This document shows, one piece after another, positions 36,907 through 49,198 of a DNA stretch of 64,000 nucleotides. Where the stretch lies: positions 1,798,001 to 1,862,000 of the forward strand of contig CM007990.1 in the NCBI GenBank assembly GCA_002189035.1. The letters run 5' to 3'. How positions within the stretch are numbered: position 1 is the first letter of the stretch; every line of letters starts with the position of its first letter. The stretch comes from Utricularia gibba. Lineage: Eukaryota > Plantae > Magnoliophyta. Position numbers and translations under genes: made by a program. Below the pieces are notes generated by a model. The model saw only the letters and a program-made list of their open reading frames with translations. It made no database searches and was not told the origin of the DNA.

Positions 36907-39468
36907 AGTTGCGTGCGTGCCTCATTTTGTTTGTCTGTCTGTCTTTCTGTCACTTGATGGATTGACGGTTCCTTGGCAAATTATACTGCGCCTGTATTTT
37001 TTTACTGACCCAGAGGAGAATAAACAGCAGAAGTAATGTTGCCAATTGTAAATGGCCCGTAGGATTGCAATTTCACACAGCTTGTGCACTCCATTAGAGC
37101 TCTGTTAACTATTAATGCAAAAGGGAAATTAAAACCCCAGTACGCAGTTAGGGGGCTCGTCATATGCTATCTGTCTTGAAGAACACCATATCCCACTTAG
37201 CTTGCATATTCATTCGGGGAGTAGGAAAAACTTTAAGCAGAAGGGTGAATCAAAGCGCTATATCAAGCACTGTATGTGCATTCGAAAACCTGCTGCCCAA
37301 TTCCAATCAACGGAGGCGATGGTTCGTTTACAGAGCGCATCTCCTTCAGGTTTTCGCTGTTACGAAACAGCCTGCAGCTGTCTTTGTACACCAAAACAAG
37401 TATCTGAATGTCTCCAGCTGTTCCACTTGGAATGTTGCCTTCATGCATGCTTGGTGTCAATTGTTGCAAACTGGTCTCAAGGTTACTTTTATACTCATTC
37501 TGAAGTGGAATCAATCCACGAATTGAAGAAGAAGACTGTTGTTTCAATAGGAGAGCAGATGATGGATGCCAAAAAGCCACTCATTGTAAACTGGGGTAAA
37601 CCAGTTAACTCCATCTCCACTGTTGCTGCTGTCCTTAGTACCGTCAACTTTGCTGCCTCTTACGAACGACTCCTTTGGTAATGTTTCTTGACCTTGCAAG
37701 ACCTCACGGAATTGGAAGGATTCATCGTAACTGCAACTCTCGAACAATCTACACTGAAATTGCTGGTGTTGCCTATGACACTCTACTCCTCCGACGTGTG
37801 GATTCCTAAATCCGAACACTTGTATCCCCATCTATTGTGAACGGCAGAAATATTACCTTGATTTACAGAGAACACAAAAAAGAAGAAATCAAGGACACTG
37901 AACCTGGATGATCTGGCTTTCCTGAAGGATTTCCGATTCGACTTCTCTTAGCCACTGGCAACAACCTCGTCTCCTTCGATCCTAAATGATAAATTTAGCC
38001 CATGATAAATGCATATATCACTTTTATCATGGAGTTTTATAAATATACATTTATAAAAATAGAATATATATATATGTTTGATGGTCATGATTTTGTAAAA
38101 CATTTATATCACTGTTTCAATCATATTCTTCAAAACTCTTTTCTAATATGAATTTTTATTTGTATCTATTTATGATTATTTTATAACATGTATTAATTAA
38201 AGTAGGGTAGAACGAGATGGGCCATTCACTCAGGAGCATAGGCGGACATTTTGGGATGCCTTGACCGAAGGCTCTGTAGATTTCACATTTGTGTCCGTGC
38301 GGATCGATACCTGTTGACGGGCAACGGTCAAGTACCGAAGTGTGTTGCTACGTTTTCCTGCACATGAGACTGGGAAATCACTGTAAAAAAAAGATTCATT
38401 CTCTCCTGTTTATTTTAAAGGTTTAGTTGTCTTTGTTGAAATTTAGTATATGATGGATTAGATGAATACACGTAAATCTTAATTATAGAAAAAAATATGG
38501 ATTATATTAGAAAAAATTAAACTCAATCGATTATTAATGATTTATAACATTTTATATTCTCTAATATTTCATTTCATTTCTTGATGAGGAATTGTTTATT
38601 TCAATATCCGCATTCAAATTGAATTGGTCTTTGATCCAATTAAAACTTGTTTGTTTGTGATTGTAGGTAGTAATCAAGTCATAGATTGATCTATTTTTTA
38701 TTGCTGAAGTCCAATATATTTACTTGTTATTTTTTTTAAACAAAACTCTAACCAATACGAAATTCATCTTAATCATTCAAGCTGTGCCATAAAACAAATA
38801 CTTTGATACTATGTTGAAATTAAGGATCCAATAAATCAATTGAGTATGTATGAAGTTCAAGTATATAAAAAAATATATCATATTATAAAAAAATAAATCC
38901 AATTGATTATTAATGATTTAGAGGAAACTATGATTATATCTGTCTGAATTGAATATAGTGCAAATGCCCATCAATCGGCTCTATTCCTATTCTATTTTGC
39001 GCTGCTTCCCATAATGAGGCAATCTCAGACACCAGCGTGCACTTAAGGCTTCCACTCCCGGGCCACACATTTAAAAAAAAAAAAAAAAGTGAATTTAGCA
39101 AACCACCAAACATCATTATGCATGACATTTTGGCACCATATAACCTAAATTTGTAATAGAGTACGATGATTTTCAACAATGGGATTCTTCGAATTTGGGT
39201 CCATGAGATTCCCCTTTTCCATTTTTCTTGCAATGAATCCTTGTGATCAGCATGAACTGTGAATAATCAGCGTGCATTAATTTTATTTTGTAACTAGTTC
39301 CCTTTTCCCACATTGATAAAGCAATCAACTGCAATCTCGACCCATTACTTGTTCTCAAGGTTGGGACGATCCATCGCCTCTACCTTTCTTTCTTTTCATT
39401 TCTTATACTGTTTGCCTTGTTCTTACTGAAGTTTTTTCGAATTGGCACCAGCCTCCGACAGTCAGGTA

Positions 39469-40055
39469 ATGGACAAGAGGGAGGGGGAGCAGGAAACGAA
39501 TGTGGAACAACTCGATCTCACGTTGTCCCTTGGTCGGTCCATGAACCCGAAAGATGAGCCGAAACACAGAGCAAGCGACACCAACTCTGTACTGGGAAGT
39601 TGCTCTTATGTAGCCATACCGCCTCCCAATGATATGCTGGTAAACTGATGAACTATTACGTGATCGAAACTTGAAAGTGTTTGTTTTTTTTTAGGGTTTT
39701 CTTTCTTTTTGTCCACAGGGGTACTACTACTACAACAGAAATGCCTGCCGAGGAGTACATCCGACCTACATGTTATACCTCTCCAGACGTCCTCCGTTGG
39801 TGGGAACCCCGAGTCTCCGACGGAACGTGAAGGGAGGGACCAAGGCCTGCCGTGTCTGCGGTGTAACAGCGACTCCGCTGTGGCGGAAGGGTCCCGGCGG
39901 CCGTCAGGTGAAGAAACTTTGAGATAAGTGCGTCCTTTAGTCCAAGTTTTGTGGTTTCTGATTGCGGCTTTGTGTGTTTCCAGACCCTGTGCAACGCTTG
40001 TGGGTTGAAGCACTTGCGACTGGGGAAGAAGAATACACAGAGTAGTGAGCACTGA
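39469..40055 (+). CDS. Small GATA zinc-finger transcription factor, 126 aa; 3 exons (39469-39588, 39719-39907, 39984-40055)
   Basis: Spliced C-X2-C-X18-C-X2-C finger CRVCGVTATPLWRKGPGGRQ/TLCNACGLK; GT-AG sites in phase 0; N-terminal LDLTLSL. Confidence 0.85.
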
Positions 40056-41284
40056 GCCCTAATTCCCAGTCACATCCAAATAATGAACCCTAACCCTGTC
40101 TTCGTTGTTGTCATTTTTAATTCCGTCATTTTACGCATTTTCTTAAACGGTTACCGTTGGATCATACTTTAAAGGTTGAATCTGACGGCCTGGTTTCCTT
40201 GCACAGTTGGTTTGATAATTTTGAACTTAAATGTGGTAAATAGCAATTTTGCCCCATGACCCATATACCTCCACTCACCATAATATTCGATTTAATTAAA
40301 TGCTTTTTTAAAAAAGGTGTTTATTATTAAGTTACTGTAATTTTGAATTTGTGAATTCAAAGTTGCTTACCAAAACCCTAGGGCATGACTGTTTTAAAAT
40401 CAGATTTCATCCCCAAAAAATGGGTATCGAAATCGGTTTGAGCATATACCATATTCTATAATTTGAATTGTAAAAATGATTTCTGTAAAAGTAACAATTT
40501 TGGTTTTAGTTCTTTGGATCTTTTGATGAATGAGGTTTTCTCTATGATCACTGATTTATTATTATGTGTTTTTTGTTCTAGGATTTAGTCCTCTCCTTCC
40601 CACTTAATGATGCTTGCTATGAACTTATGGGTTTTAATATTTGTGAATAAAAGGAAAATATTATTAACTTGTCAACACGACAGGTTATATGACACTATAT
40701 CATAGAATGCATTTGAATTTCAATTTTCAATGCTCAAGGTACATACTACAGATATAACGCTTAGCACTACATTTAATGCATTGAAATATCATTCGGTTGT
40801 GGAAAAAAAAAGTTTTCTTATTGTGAATACCATGCATAGAGATTGTGGGTAATCTCAAATAAAGATGTTTAAGTCAAATTAATAAACCACTTTAAATATT
40901 CTTCAAAATTTATCTTAAAAATAATTCTGCAAAGCAAAGAATATTTCCTTATAAGTTTTTCAGAATTCATGCAATCTATTTTTTATCAATTACTTATAAT
41001 TTTCAAAAATACTTCATAAAAGAATAAATAAGTTTTAAAAATTTCCAAACACCCATTTAGATTATTGAAATTGAGAAAAACAACAAAAAATTTGGCTAGC
41101 CGAATCGATTTAAAAAGTAATGCATTCACCCAATTTATCTAATTTATTTGAAATCGAATAATTTTGAAAGTATATTTATTTCAGAAATGTGTTTTAAAAA
41201 TATTATCGATAATCATTTGATGGTGTCGCCCGCCTCCACTCACCTTCCCTACGTTCTTCTCATCTTATCCTTTCAAAGCTTCCA

Positions 41285-41812
41285 ATGCTTTGCACTGCCC
41301 TAACTCCAGTTGGCTCCGCCCCAGCAAACCCTCTGAGTTTGGGGTTCAGGAAGGTCGCAGCGCAGTGCGTGAAAAAGGATTCCGAGTTCCGAATCGACCC
41401 GGAAAAGGCTCGCGAATCTTTGAAACAACTCGATGATCAGCTACGCGCTCTGTCTCAGAAGCAGTACACTCCTCCCGCTCCTCCAAAGCTGGCCGGTGAG
41501 TGATTTCCTGGCAACAGCAATAAAACACTATGGCAGCAGTTCCCAAGCGTTGTGAATTGAGTTCTGGTTCTGAAATCCAGCGTTTTAAAATACACTCCTA
41601 AAATGTATATACCACGGCATGATGAATGATAGGCTGCCGTGTTGATTGCAGATTCTGAGTTGGAGGAGCGGCTGCGGGGAGACGACAACGAAGAGGAAGC
41701 AGCGTTTTCAGGGCCGGTGTTGCCGTACCTTTTTTCCGGTCTGCTCTTCTTCACCATCTTCTACAACGTTATTTTCAACACGGTCATAAAGCCCGGAATA
41801 GATGGGCCTTAG
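41285..41812 (+). CDS. Uncharacterised probable plastid membrane protein, 123 aa; 2 exons (41285-41495, 41652-41812)
   Basis: Transit-peptide-like N-terminus, coiled segment FRIDPEKARESLKQLDDQLRALSQKQ, hydrophobic C-terminal segment VLPYLFSGLLFFTIFYNVIFNTVIKPGIDGP*; phase-1 GT-AG intron. Confidence 0.8.
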
Positions 41813-42416
41813 CAGCACAATACAAATTTGTATACCTTGGGCTTTGGGCCCCACCTCCGCTTGAACTCTAATTCTTCTTTTTTTTCTTTTCTTCTTTTCC
41901 CCTCCTTTGGAAAAAGAGAGGTCACAGACAGTGCATCTGCAAAAGTCATCATATATAATACTACTTCTTTGCAAAAAGCCCTATTATTATTATTATTATT
42001 ATATAAATTGACCTTAAAAAAACACCTAATGATTTGATTTACATTTTATGATTTTATTACAACAATGCAGACCCCAAAAATGGTCAGGGTGTGGGTAGTG
42101 TCGTTGAAATATGGTCTTCTTAATTGTTATTATGAACAAAAAGAAAATTATTAGACTCTTAGAGTTCACTGGTGAATTTATAAATTAGAATTTAGACCGT
42201 ATTTAGTTAGTCTGAGGTGAGGTTGGATGAATTAGAAATTTCAGATAATATGTGAAAAAAATATTCATTTTATTTGTATTTTTTTAACTAAGTGTGTTAG
42301 ATAGAATGTCATAATGATTTTAAATGACAAGAGATTGAGAACTATATTTGTTTTATATACATATTAAAAGCATGTAAAAAATATACAATTTTAGAAACTT
42401 GATGTTGCCTCTACAC

Positions 42417-43011
42417 TAGATTTGGGCATGGATATGGATCAACTCTGATTAGGCGCGAGTCAACCCATATGGAATGTGTATGAGTTACTCGTACTCGTGA
42501 AAAACAAGTACGATTCAAGTTGATGATTTTCAACTCGTTGAATTACCCGGATAACTCGTGAAAAAATAAATGATTTGTAATTCAAATTATTCATTTATTA
42601 ATTTAGATTTTATCTCTTTTTATTTAATATTAATAATTTGATATTAAATAATTTCGTTTATATTATATACTATTAATCTCAAATATCATAAAGAATGAGT
42701 TAAAACTCTATTACATTTTTTGAAATTAAATATTTAATGATTAAATAGATTATATACAAATAAAAACATTATTATATAACAAAAAAGTAACTAAAAAATA
42801 AAATAATTATTTTAAAAAATAAAATAAAATATGAGTTGACGAGTCCATACTAGGATCAACTCGACGAATCGACAAGTAATGAATCAACTCGGATACGATA
42901 GTAGTTAGAGATCAAAAAGCGTCAACCCGTAGACTCATGAATCCATAATAAAACCATGATTCGACAAGTCTGACTCGTTATTCGTCAAGTCGCGACCCAT
43001 GCCCAATTCTA
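42417..43011. mobile_element. Non-autonomous hAT element (MITE-like), 595 bp
   Basis: TIRs TAGATTTGGGCATGG / CCATGCCCAATTCTA (14/15). Perfect 8-bp TSD ctctacac at 42409-42416 and 43012-43019. ACTCG/CGAGT subterminal repeats surround an AT-rich core. Confidence 0.93.
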
Positions 43012-44045
43012 CTCTACACTATCAATTTAAATGAATGCATGGGTGTTGAAGGCCACACAATTAAAAAGTGATTATATGTTAGAAATTGTGTGAAAAAAAT
43101 GATTATCCTATATAGAAATTTTTGTTTATGTGCATGAGATATTCCAATTTTCACAAATTTCAGCACGAAAATTAAATATTTATAATTTTTAAAATCCCTC
43201 CAAGTGTGAGGGTCAAGATGTTACTTTTTTTGTTGTTTTTTGGTGATCGCAATGCTGCTTAATGTTAGCCCCAGTTGCTATTTTTAATGTATTGGCATTC
43301 TTTATTGAATAAAAAAAGGGGTCTGGAGGAAATTCTGTTTGCGTGGGCAGCTGCAACAGCGGGGTAGGAGTTGTCGGAGTCAAATGATGTTCACGAGCGC
43401 GGTAAAAGGGAGCAGTGGGCACTGCCCAGTAGCCATGCCCCGAGTCCTTTGTCGACTCGGATATGGACACGCCCCACCACCACCCTAACATTCTTCCCGG
43501 GGTTTCATGTATTGCTAGATCTTATGCTAAACCGGATTTCCATTTGTCGATGTTATGTGCTGTCCAAGACGAGAGAGAATGCCTTTCGGCGGCCGTGTCT
43601 ACTCCGCCGGCCGACGGAGGTGGCGGGGGAGCCTTGGTGTCAGAAAGTGGAAATTTCTCTGTTCTGTTGCCTTTGAATTACCAATTAATGGGGCGAAAAA
43701 TCAATGGTGATTAGCGAGTAAAATAGTACCAACCCATCATTACATAGCTTTGATTCACTCTGTGTGCAGTCAGTGTGTCTGCCTGCCTTCTCAATTCATT
43801 CAAACGCTTCAAGACTGAATTCCTCGAAATAAATCCAACTCTGGGGAGTCCGAGTGCGTTATTCTCCACCCCATTTTTAGGTTCAAGGACTTCCCTTTCG
43901 TTTTTTTTTTCTCGGTTGTCTTCTTCACTTGACAAAACTCTGTCGCTTCCTCTTCTGGGAAGGAAACGGAAAGCCCTTTTGAGAGTTTCTGGAATTTTTT
44001 CAGGCTTTCCTTACTGCAGGCTGAACAAGTAGTAGAATCAAAACG

Positions 44046-46381
44046 ATGGATGCATGCGAAGCTACCAAGGTAGTGATGTCGAGAATCAAAGATTTGGATC
44101 CGGAGAACGCTTCAAAAATTCTGGGTCATATTTTGCTGCAAGGCCAAGGTGAGAAGGAAGTGATAAGATTGGCTTTTGCCCCAGAGCCCCTTTTGCTGTC
44201 TTGCATTAACCAAGCTAAAACCTTTCTGGGTATCTCTCCCACAACCCCTTCTTCTGAAACTTCCAACATTACTAAAACTTCACCCAGAATGATGAATGTG
44301 TTGCATTTGAACAACCCTTGTTCCCCAGCACCTTGCTTTTCTAGAACTGGGTCAAGGCCCATTTCTTACTCTGGGGTTCTCAATGGTTCTGGGGATGACG
44401 AATTTTTGGGTGGCGGCGTTGTGGATCCGTTGCAGCTTCAAGCGTACTCCCCTATTTCAAGCCCAAGTGGCAGAAGTGAATCTTTGATTTTACCATACTC
44501 TGATGATTTGAACTCCGTATCCTCCCCACAGTTACACAGAACTAATTCTGTCAAAGATTCTGGTTTTCCCCCTAATCTGGAGCTTGGATGCCGCCCTTGC
44601 ATGTACTTCTCAAGAGGTGGGTGCAAGAATGGTGATTCTTGCAGATTTTCACACAATGAAATTGGACTCGACATTGTTGATTCTTCTAGTTTTGATGAGT
44701 TTGTGAGGTTCAAAACCCTCCAACAACAACATAGACTTTCTTCAATTATTGCATCCGGAGGCCTTCATCATTTTCCTTTTAGGTCTACCGACATACACGA
44801 TGAAAATCAGAGGTATTGATCCGAGAATGTAGCTTGCCTTTTCCTCCGTTGGATTTTTTGTGTACACAATTTGGATTGAACACGTCATTCAGCTGGTGAT
44901 CATTGATTACTAGGAATAGTATTCAGATTCTCATTAGTCTACAAAGGTGGTAATAGTTTCCATTTTCAAAAAAGAAAAAAAAACACTATTCTTTGCATGC
45001 AAGGCTTCAGCTTTGTGAACATTTCTTTGTTCCCTCAAGTTCGGCTTGCTGTTGGGTGCTATGATATGCTCCATTTTTTCTCTTTTGCTGAGAATAGCTC
45101 TTCACTTCATGGAAGCCCAAGAGTTTGGCAAAATGTTTGTTGGAAAGCAGCTAATGAGCTCCAAATGTGTAGATAGATTGGGGCATTTTGTTCTTAATAT
45201 TTTAACCAATCATGGTCGATGTGGTTATAGTAACCTGACTTGGAGTCCTTCTGTCAGGAGTGAGTTGGTATCCACTGGGCTGCCAAATACAGCAGCAAGT
45301 TCAAGTTCTCGGCAAATTTACTTGACATTTCCTGCTGACAGTACATTCAAGGAAGAGGACGTTGCTACTTACTTCAGGTAACTTGTTGGATCCTGGAACC
45401 TTTTCTTTGTTCTGGAAAGTACATTGCTGATGCATGCTTCTCAAAGCTTTTTGTTTTCGTATTTTGAAGCATTTTTGGACCTGTCCAAGATGTTAGGATA
45501 CCATATCAGCAAAGGAGAATGTTTGGCTTTGTTACCTTTTTGTATCCAGAGACAGTAAAAAGCATACTGGCTAAGGGCAACCCTCACTTCATTCGTGATT
45601 GCCGCGTTCTTGTCAAACCATACAAAGACAAGGCAAAAATGCCAGAGAGGTGTAATGATTTGTCTGTGTCTTTCCTTAGTTTATTTTGCATTAGTTAAAT
45701 CCCTTGCATGTAACAGTGACTCTTGTGTAGGAAACTAATGTATCAGCAAACGGAGAGGGGGGATTTCCCATCTGGAGCGAGTGCATCCGGAAGTGATTCC
45801 ATAGAACAACTTGATATCCCCTTTGGTTAGCATAAAGCTGTTTGCCATGCATTTTGCATCAACAAAAAAGCATACTTTTCATTGTTTCTTGCTCCCGGCA
45901 GGGCCCAGAATGCTCTTGAACACGCAGGAGAAGATCCTACGTAGAAAAATTGAGGAGCAGGAAGAAGCACTAAGTGCAATTGAACTTCAAGGACAAAGGA
46001 TGATGAATTTGCAGTTATCTGATTGGAACTACCAAACTTTTGATTTTGATTCCCCTTCAAGTTTGGATACAGGTATGCCACTGGTCTCTCCAAGACATTG
46101 TGGTTTCCCTGTGAGACCAAGTGTTATTGGCCCTTCTGAAACCATCAATCAGAATACTTCTCAGGGTTAGTTATTGAAACCAGCATTCTCTCTTCATTTT
46201 GTCCTTGATCACCTCCTTTCACAAAGAAAACTTTTCCCTATGCAGAGTTTCAGGACAGCCAGCCACGGCAAGAGCCAAGAATGGTTACTGCTAGCAACGA
46301 CTACATTGTCTCCAACACTCCTGATTTGCATACGAATGATGAAAACCGGAATGCATTGGATACCGACCGATCTCATGAATG
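44046..46381 (+). CDS. CCCH zinc-finger plus RRM protein (C3H46/53/55-like); last exon(s) unresolved beyond 46381
   Basis: [33 protein letters not shown]-terminal domain; C-X7-C-X5-C-X3-H finger [19 protein letters not shown]; [50 protein letters not shown]. Confidence 0.9.
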
Positions 46382-48057
46382 GTATGATATTCATCTGTTA
46401 ACTCTTTCAGCTTCAATATGTTTTCCCGCTTCATCACGCTGAAAGCTCTATTAGCTGAACATCAAAATCTGTGCGTTTGTAGTTAAATTGCTCGAAGCTG
46501 CACAAACACTCTAAACAAATTCCTTTCAATTTACAAGCAACTACTTGTATGTTTTCCCTCCCTTTCGATGGGTATGCAAGCTTCCAGGTTCCCCAAGAGG
46601 CAAAAAGCCATAACCATCATTAAACCTGCATGTTTCCAGTTTTATGTATTTGATCCCGACTCTGGGTTTCATCTGAAACATGCAGAATGTTCGTCGAAGG
46701 GAATCAGGAGCAGTTTATTTTGTGTATGTACAGCGAAAACAACAGCAGAAGCTGAAGAAGCTTGCCTCCAGAGGAAGATGGAGTTTTTGTTTGTTAGCTA
46801 CGAGTTGCAGCATCTGGTGAGTTTTGAAGTCTGTAGTTGTGCGATTACTGGAACACACACACCACCACCACACAAGCGAAAACAGCACGCAGCACAAGAG
46901 AGGAGAGCAACAATAAGGCAACTTACTGGTTACTGATTACTATACCCTCCTCCCACTCCATTGTTACTCTCTTACCTTCTCTTGTAAAAGGTATTCCCCC
47001 TTACAGCAATCCTTTTTATCCTGGAACTTCAGTTTCCATTAGGCTAATCAAACTGCTTGACCTTCACTTAATTAACCAGGACTTTTGTTGGCCAACTCAA
47101 TTGGGAACTGTTTCATACTTAAATGTTTGGTATATTATTTTCATGTTATGATTATGAAATTATATACTTATCAAAAATATTATTTTACACGAAATTTAAA
47201 ATGATTTCACAATAACTCTCTTTTAAGAGAAACGGATTTTTCAATTTCAATGTTCTCATTTATGAAGTATAAGAAACTTTTATTATGAATAATATTGAGA
47301 TATTTAAAAAAAATTGGAAAAATATAAAATTTATTGAATAATTTGATATTAATTATGAGATGCATGTAAAGCATAAATCACAACTACGAATATCTAAAAA
47401 GATTTTAAGGATGATTAGGAATATTATTGTCCACAAAACTATAAGTCACATTCATTTTTTTAAAAATTTAAATTGATAAATGACATTTTGTTACTTTAAG
47501 TTTTTCAATACTCTTTTTAATTGTTTTACATCTGTTTTATTTAAGATTTCTTATATTTTTAGATTTTTTTTATTTGTTCTGTATTAATTTGACTTTTTTG
47601 AAGGTATTTGCATTTTGTGATTTTTGGATGAGCTTGTTATAGATCGAAATTGAGCCTAAAAGAAATTGTAAAGATGAAGATTAGATAAAAAAAATTTGAA
47701 TATAATCTTAAAATATTTGATTTGAATGGAAGATAGAATAAGGCCGTAAAAAAACTTAACAAATCTTTATGCACATAACACATGGATAAGCTTCTATATG
47801 TTGGAGTCTTTATTCAAAGTTTTTATGCCATATTGTTTTAAAATTGATCTTTTCATTTTAATATCATTTACTTTTTATTATGTTTTGAGAAAATTTGAAA
47901 TTATTAATTCTATGTAAATAAGATGTTTTTTGTATAAATATCATTGCATTGTTTATTAGACTCTATTTTAATGTTGACCATTAAAAATTTTAATAGGCAT
48001 TCATTATATTGAATTTGAAACCAGTGTCTGTTCGTCATATTTTCAGAGTAGAACTAG

Positions 48058-48099
48058 CCGTTATCATAACTTCGCCATTTTTCTATATAACCAACGGTC
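48058..48099 (+). promoter_or_regulatory. MSA-like (AACGG) elements and TATA box in the UBC19/20-like promoter
   Basis: CCGTT at 48058-48062, CTATATAA at 48083-48090 and CCAACGGTC at 48091-48099. Confidence 0.5.
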
Positions 48100-48191
48100 G
48101 ATTTTTTCTCGCTTGTTCTTTTTCTTCTGCTCTCTGGTTTCTTGAAGAATCTGTACTCTTTCAAACTTTTTTTTCCCTGTATACACAAAAA

Positions 48192-49198
48192 ATGGCCACC
48201 ACTGGGGATGCGGGGGCGCTGGTCAAGCAGACTGTTGCGTTTCCGAAACCCGTTGAGTCGCAATCGGTTCTCAAGAGGTATCTTTTTTCGTTTTCTATTG
48301 GATTCCGATTACACGCTTTTACTGGATCTGAAGATCGACGTCTATTGTAGACACTGTGGATTCGTTTTTCGCTGTGCTGACTTTTTCTAATTGGTCGCAG
48401 ATTGCAATCGGAACTCATGGCGTTAATGGTAAGAAATAACGAATTAGGGTTCCAGTTTGACGTAACTCTCTCAACTGTTTTTTATTTCGGGATAACAGAT
48501 GGGAGGGGACACTGGGATCTCAGCTTTCCCTGAGGAGGACAATATACTGAGCTGGAAAGGAACAATTACAGGGAGCAAAGAGACTGTGTATGAGGGGACA
48601 GAGTACAAGTTATCGCTTTCGTTTCCATCTGAATATCCCTTCAAACCACCCAAGGTGAAGTTCGAGACCGGCTGTTTCCATCCCAACGTTGATGTCTATG
48701 GGAACATTTGCTTGGACATTTTACAGGTTCCGTTCATTCATTCATTCCGTAACTATCCAGAGCCTCGATGACCTAAACCTCTTATATCTAACCATGCTTA
48801 ACTCTTTGCAGGATAAATGGTCCTCTGCCTATGATGTGAGAACAATCCTACTCTCAATCCAGAGTCTTCTTGGAGGTAATCACAATGTTCTGCATAGGGA
48901 AAAATAATTGTTTGATGGCTAGTCTAAAAAGATGTTTCAGTATCTTTTTCAAGATAGATTTGCTATCCTAGATCTAGTGTTGTTGACTGTTTGCTGCAAT
49001 ATTTGTTTTATTTAAATAGAGCCCAACATAAGCTCACCCTTCAACAGTCAGGCTGCAGCACTATGGGATAACCAGGAAGGTAATGGCGAAAAATCACCAA
49101 CAGTTTTGTTATGCCAGGATTTATCTTGTTTTACGTATACAGTGTTTCTCCTTTCAGAGTACAGGAAAATGGTGTTGAAACTATACAAGCCAGCTTGA
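48192..49198 (+). CDS. UBC19/UBC20: Ubiquitin-conjugating enzyme E2, UBE2C/UBC19-20 type (APC/C E2)
   Basis: [32 protein letters not shown]...[10 protein letters not shown]...[45 protein letters not shown].../[13 protein letters not shown]. Confidence 0.96.

Noticed and set aside
40086-40098. Telomere-like repeats (also near 3263-3273) as a possible telomerase RNA template
   Set aside because: No USE/TATA Pol III promoter or conserved flanking structure; consistent with telo-box-like motifs or chance.
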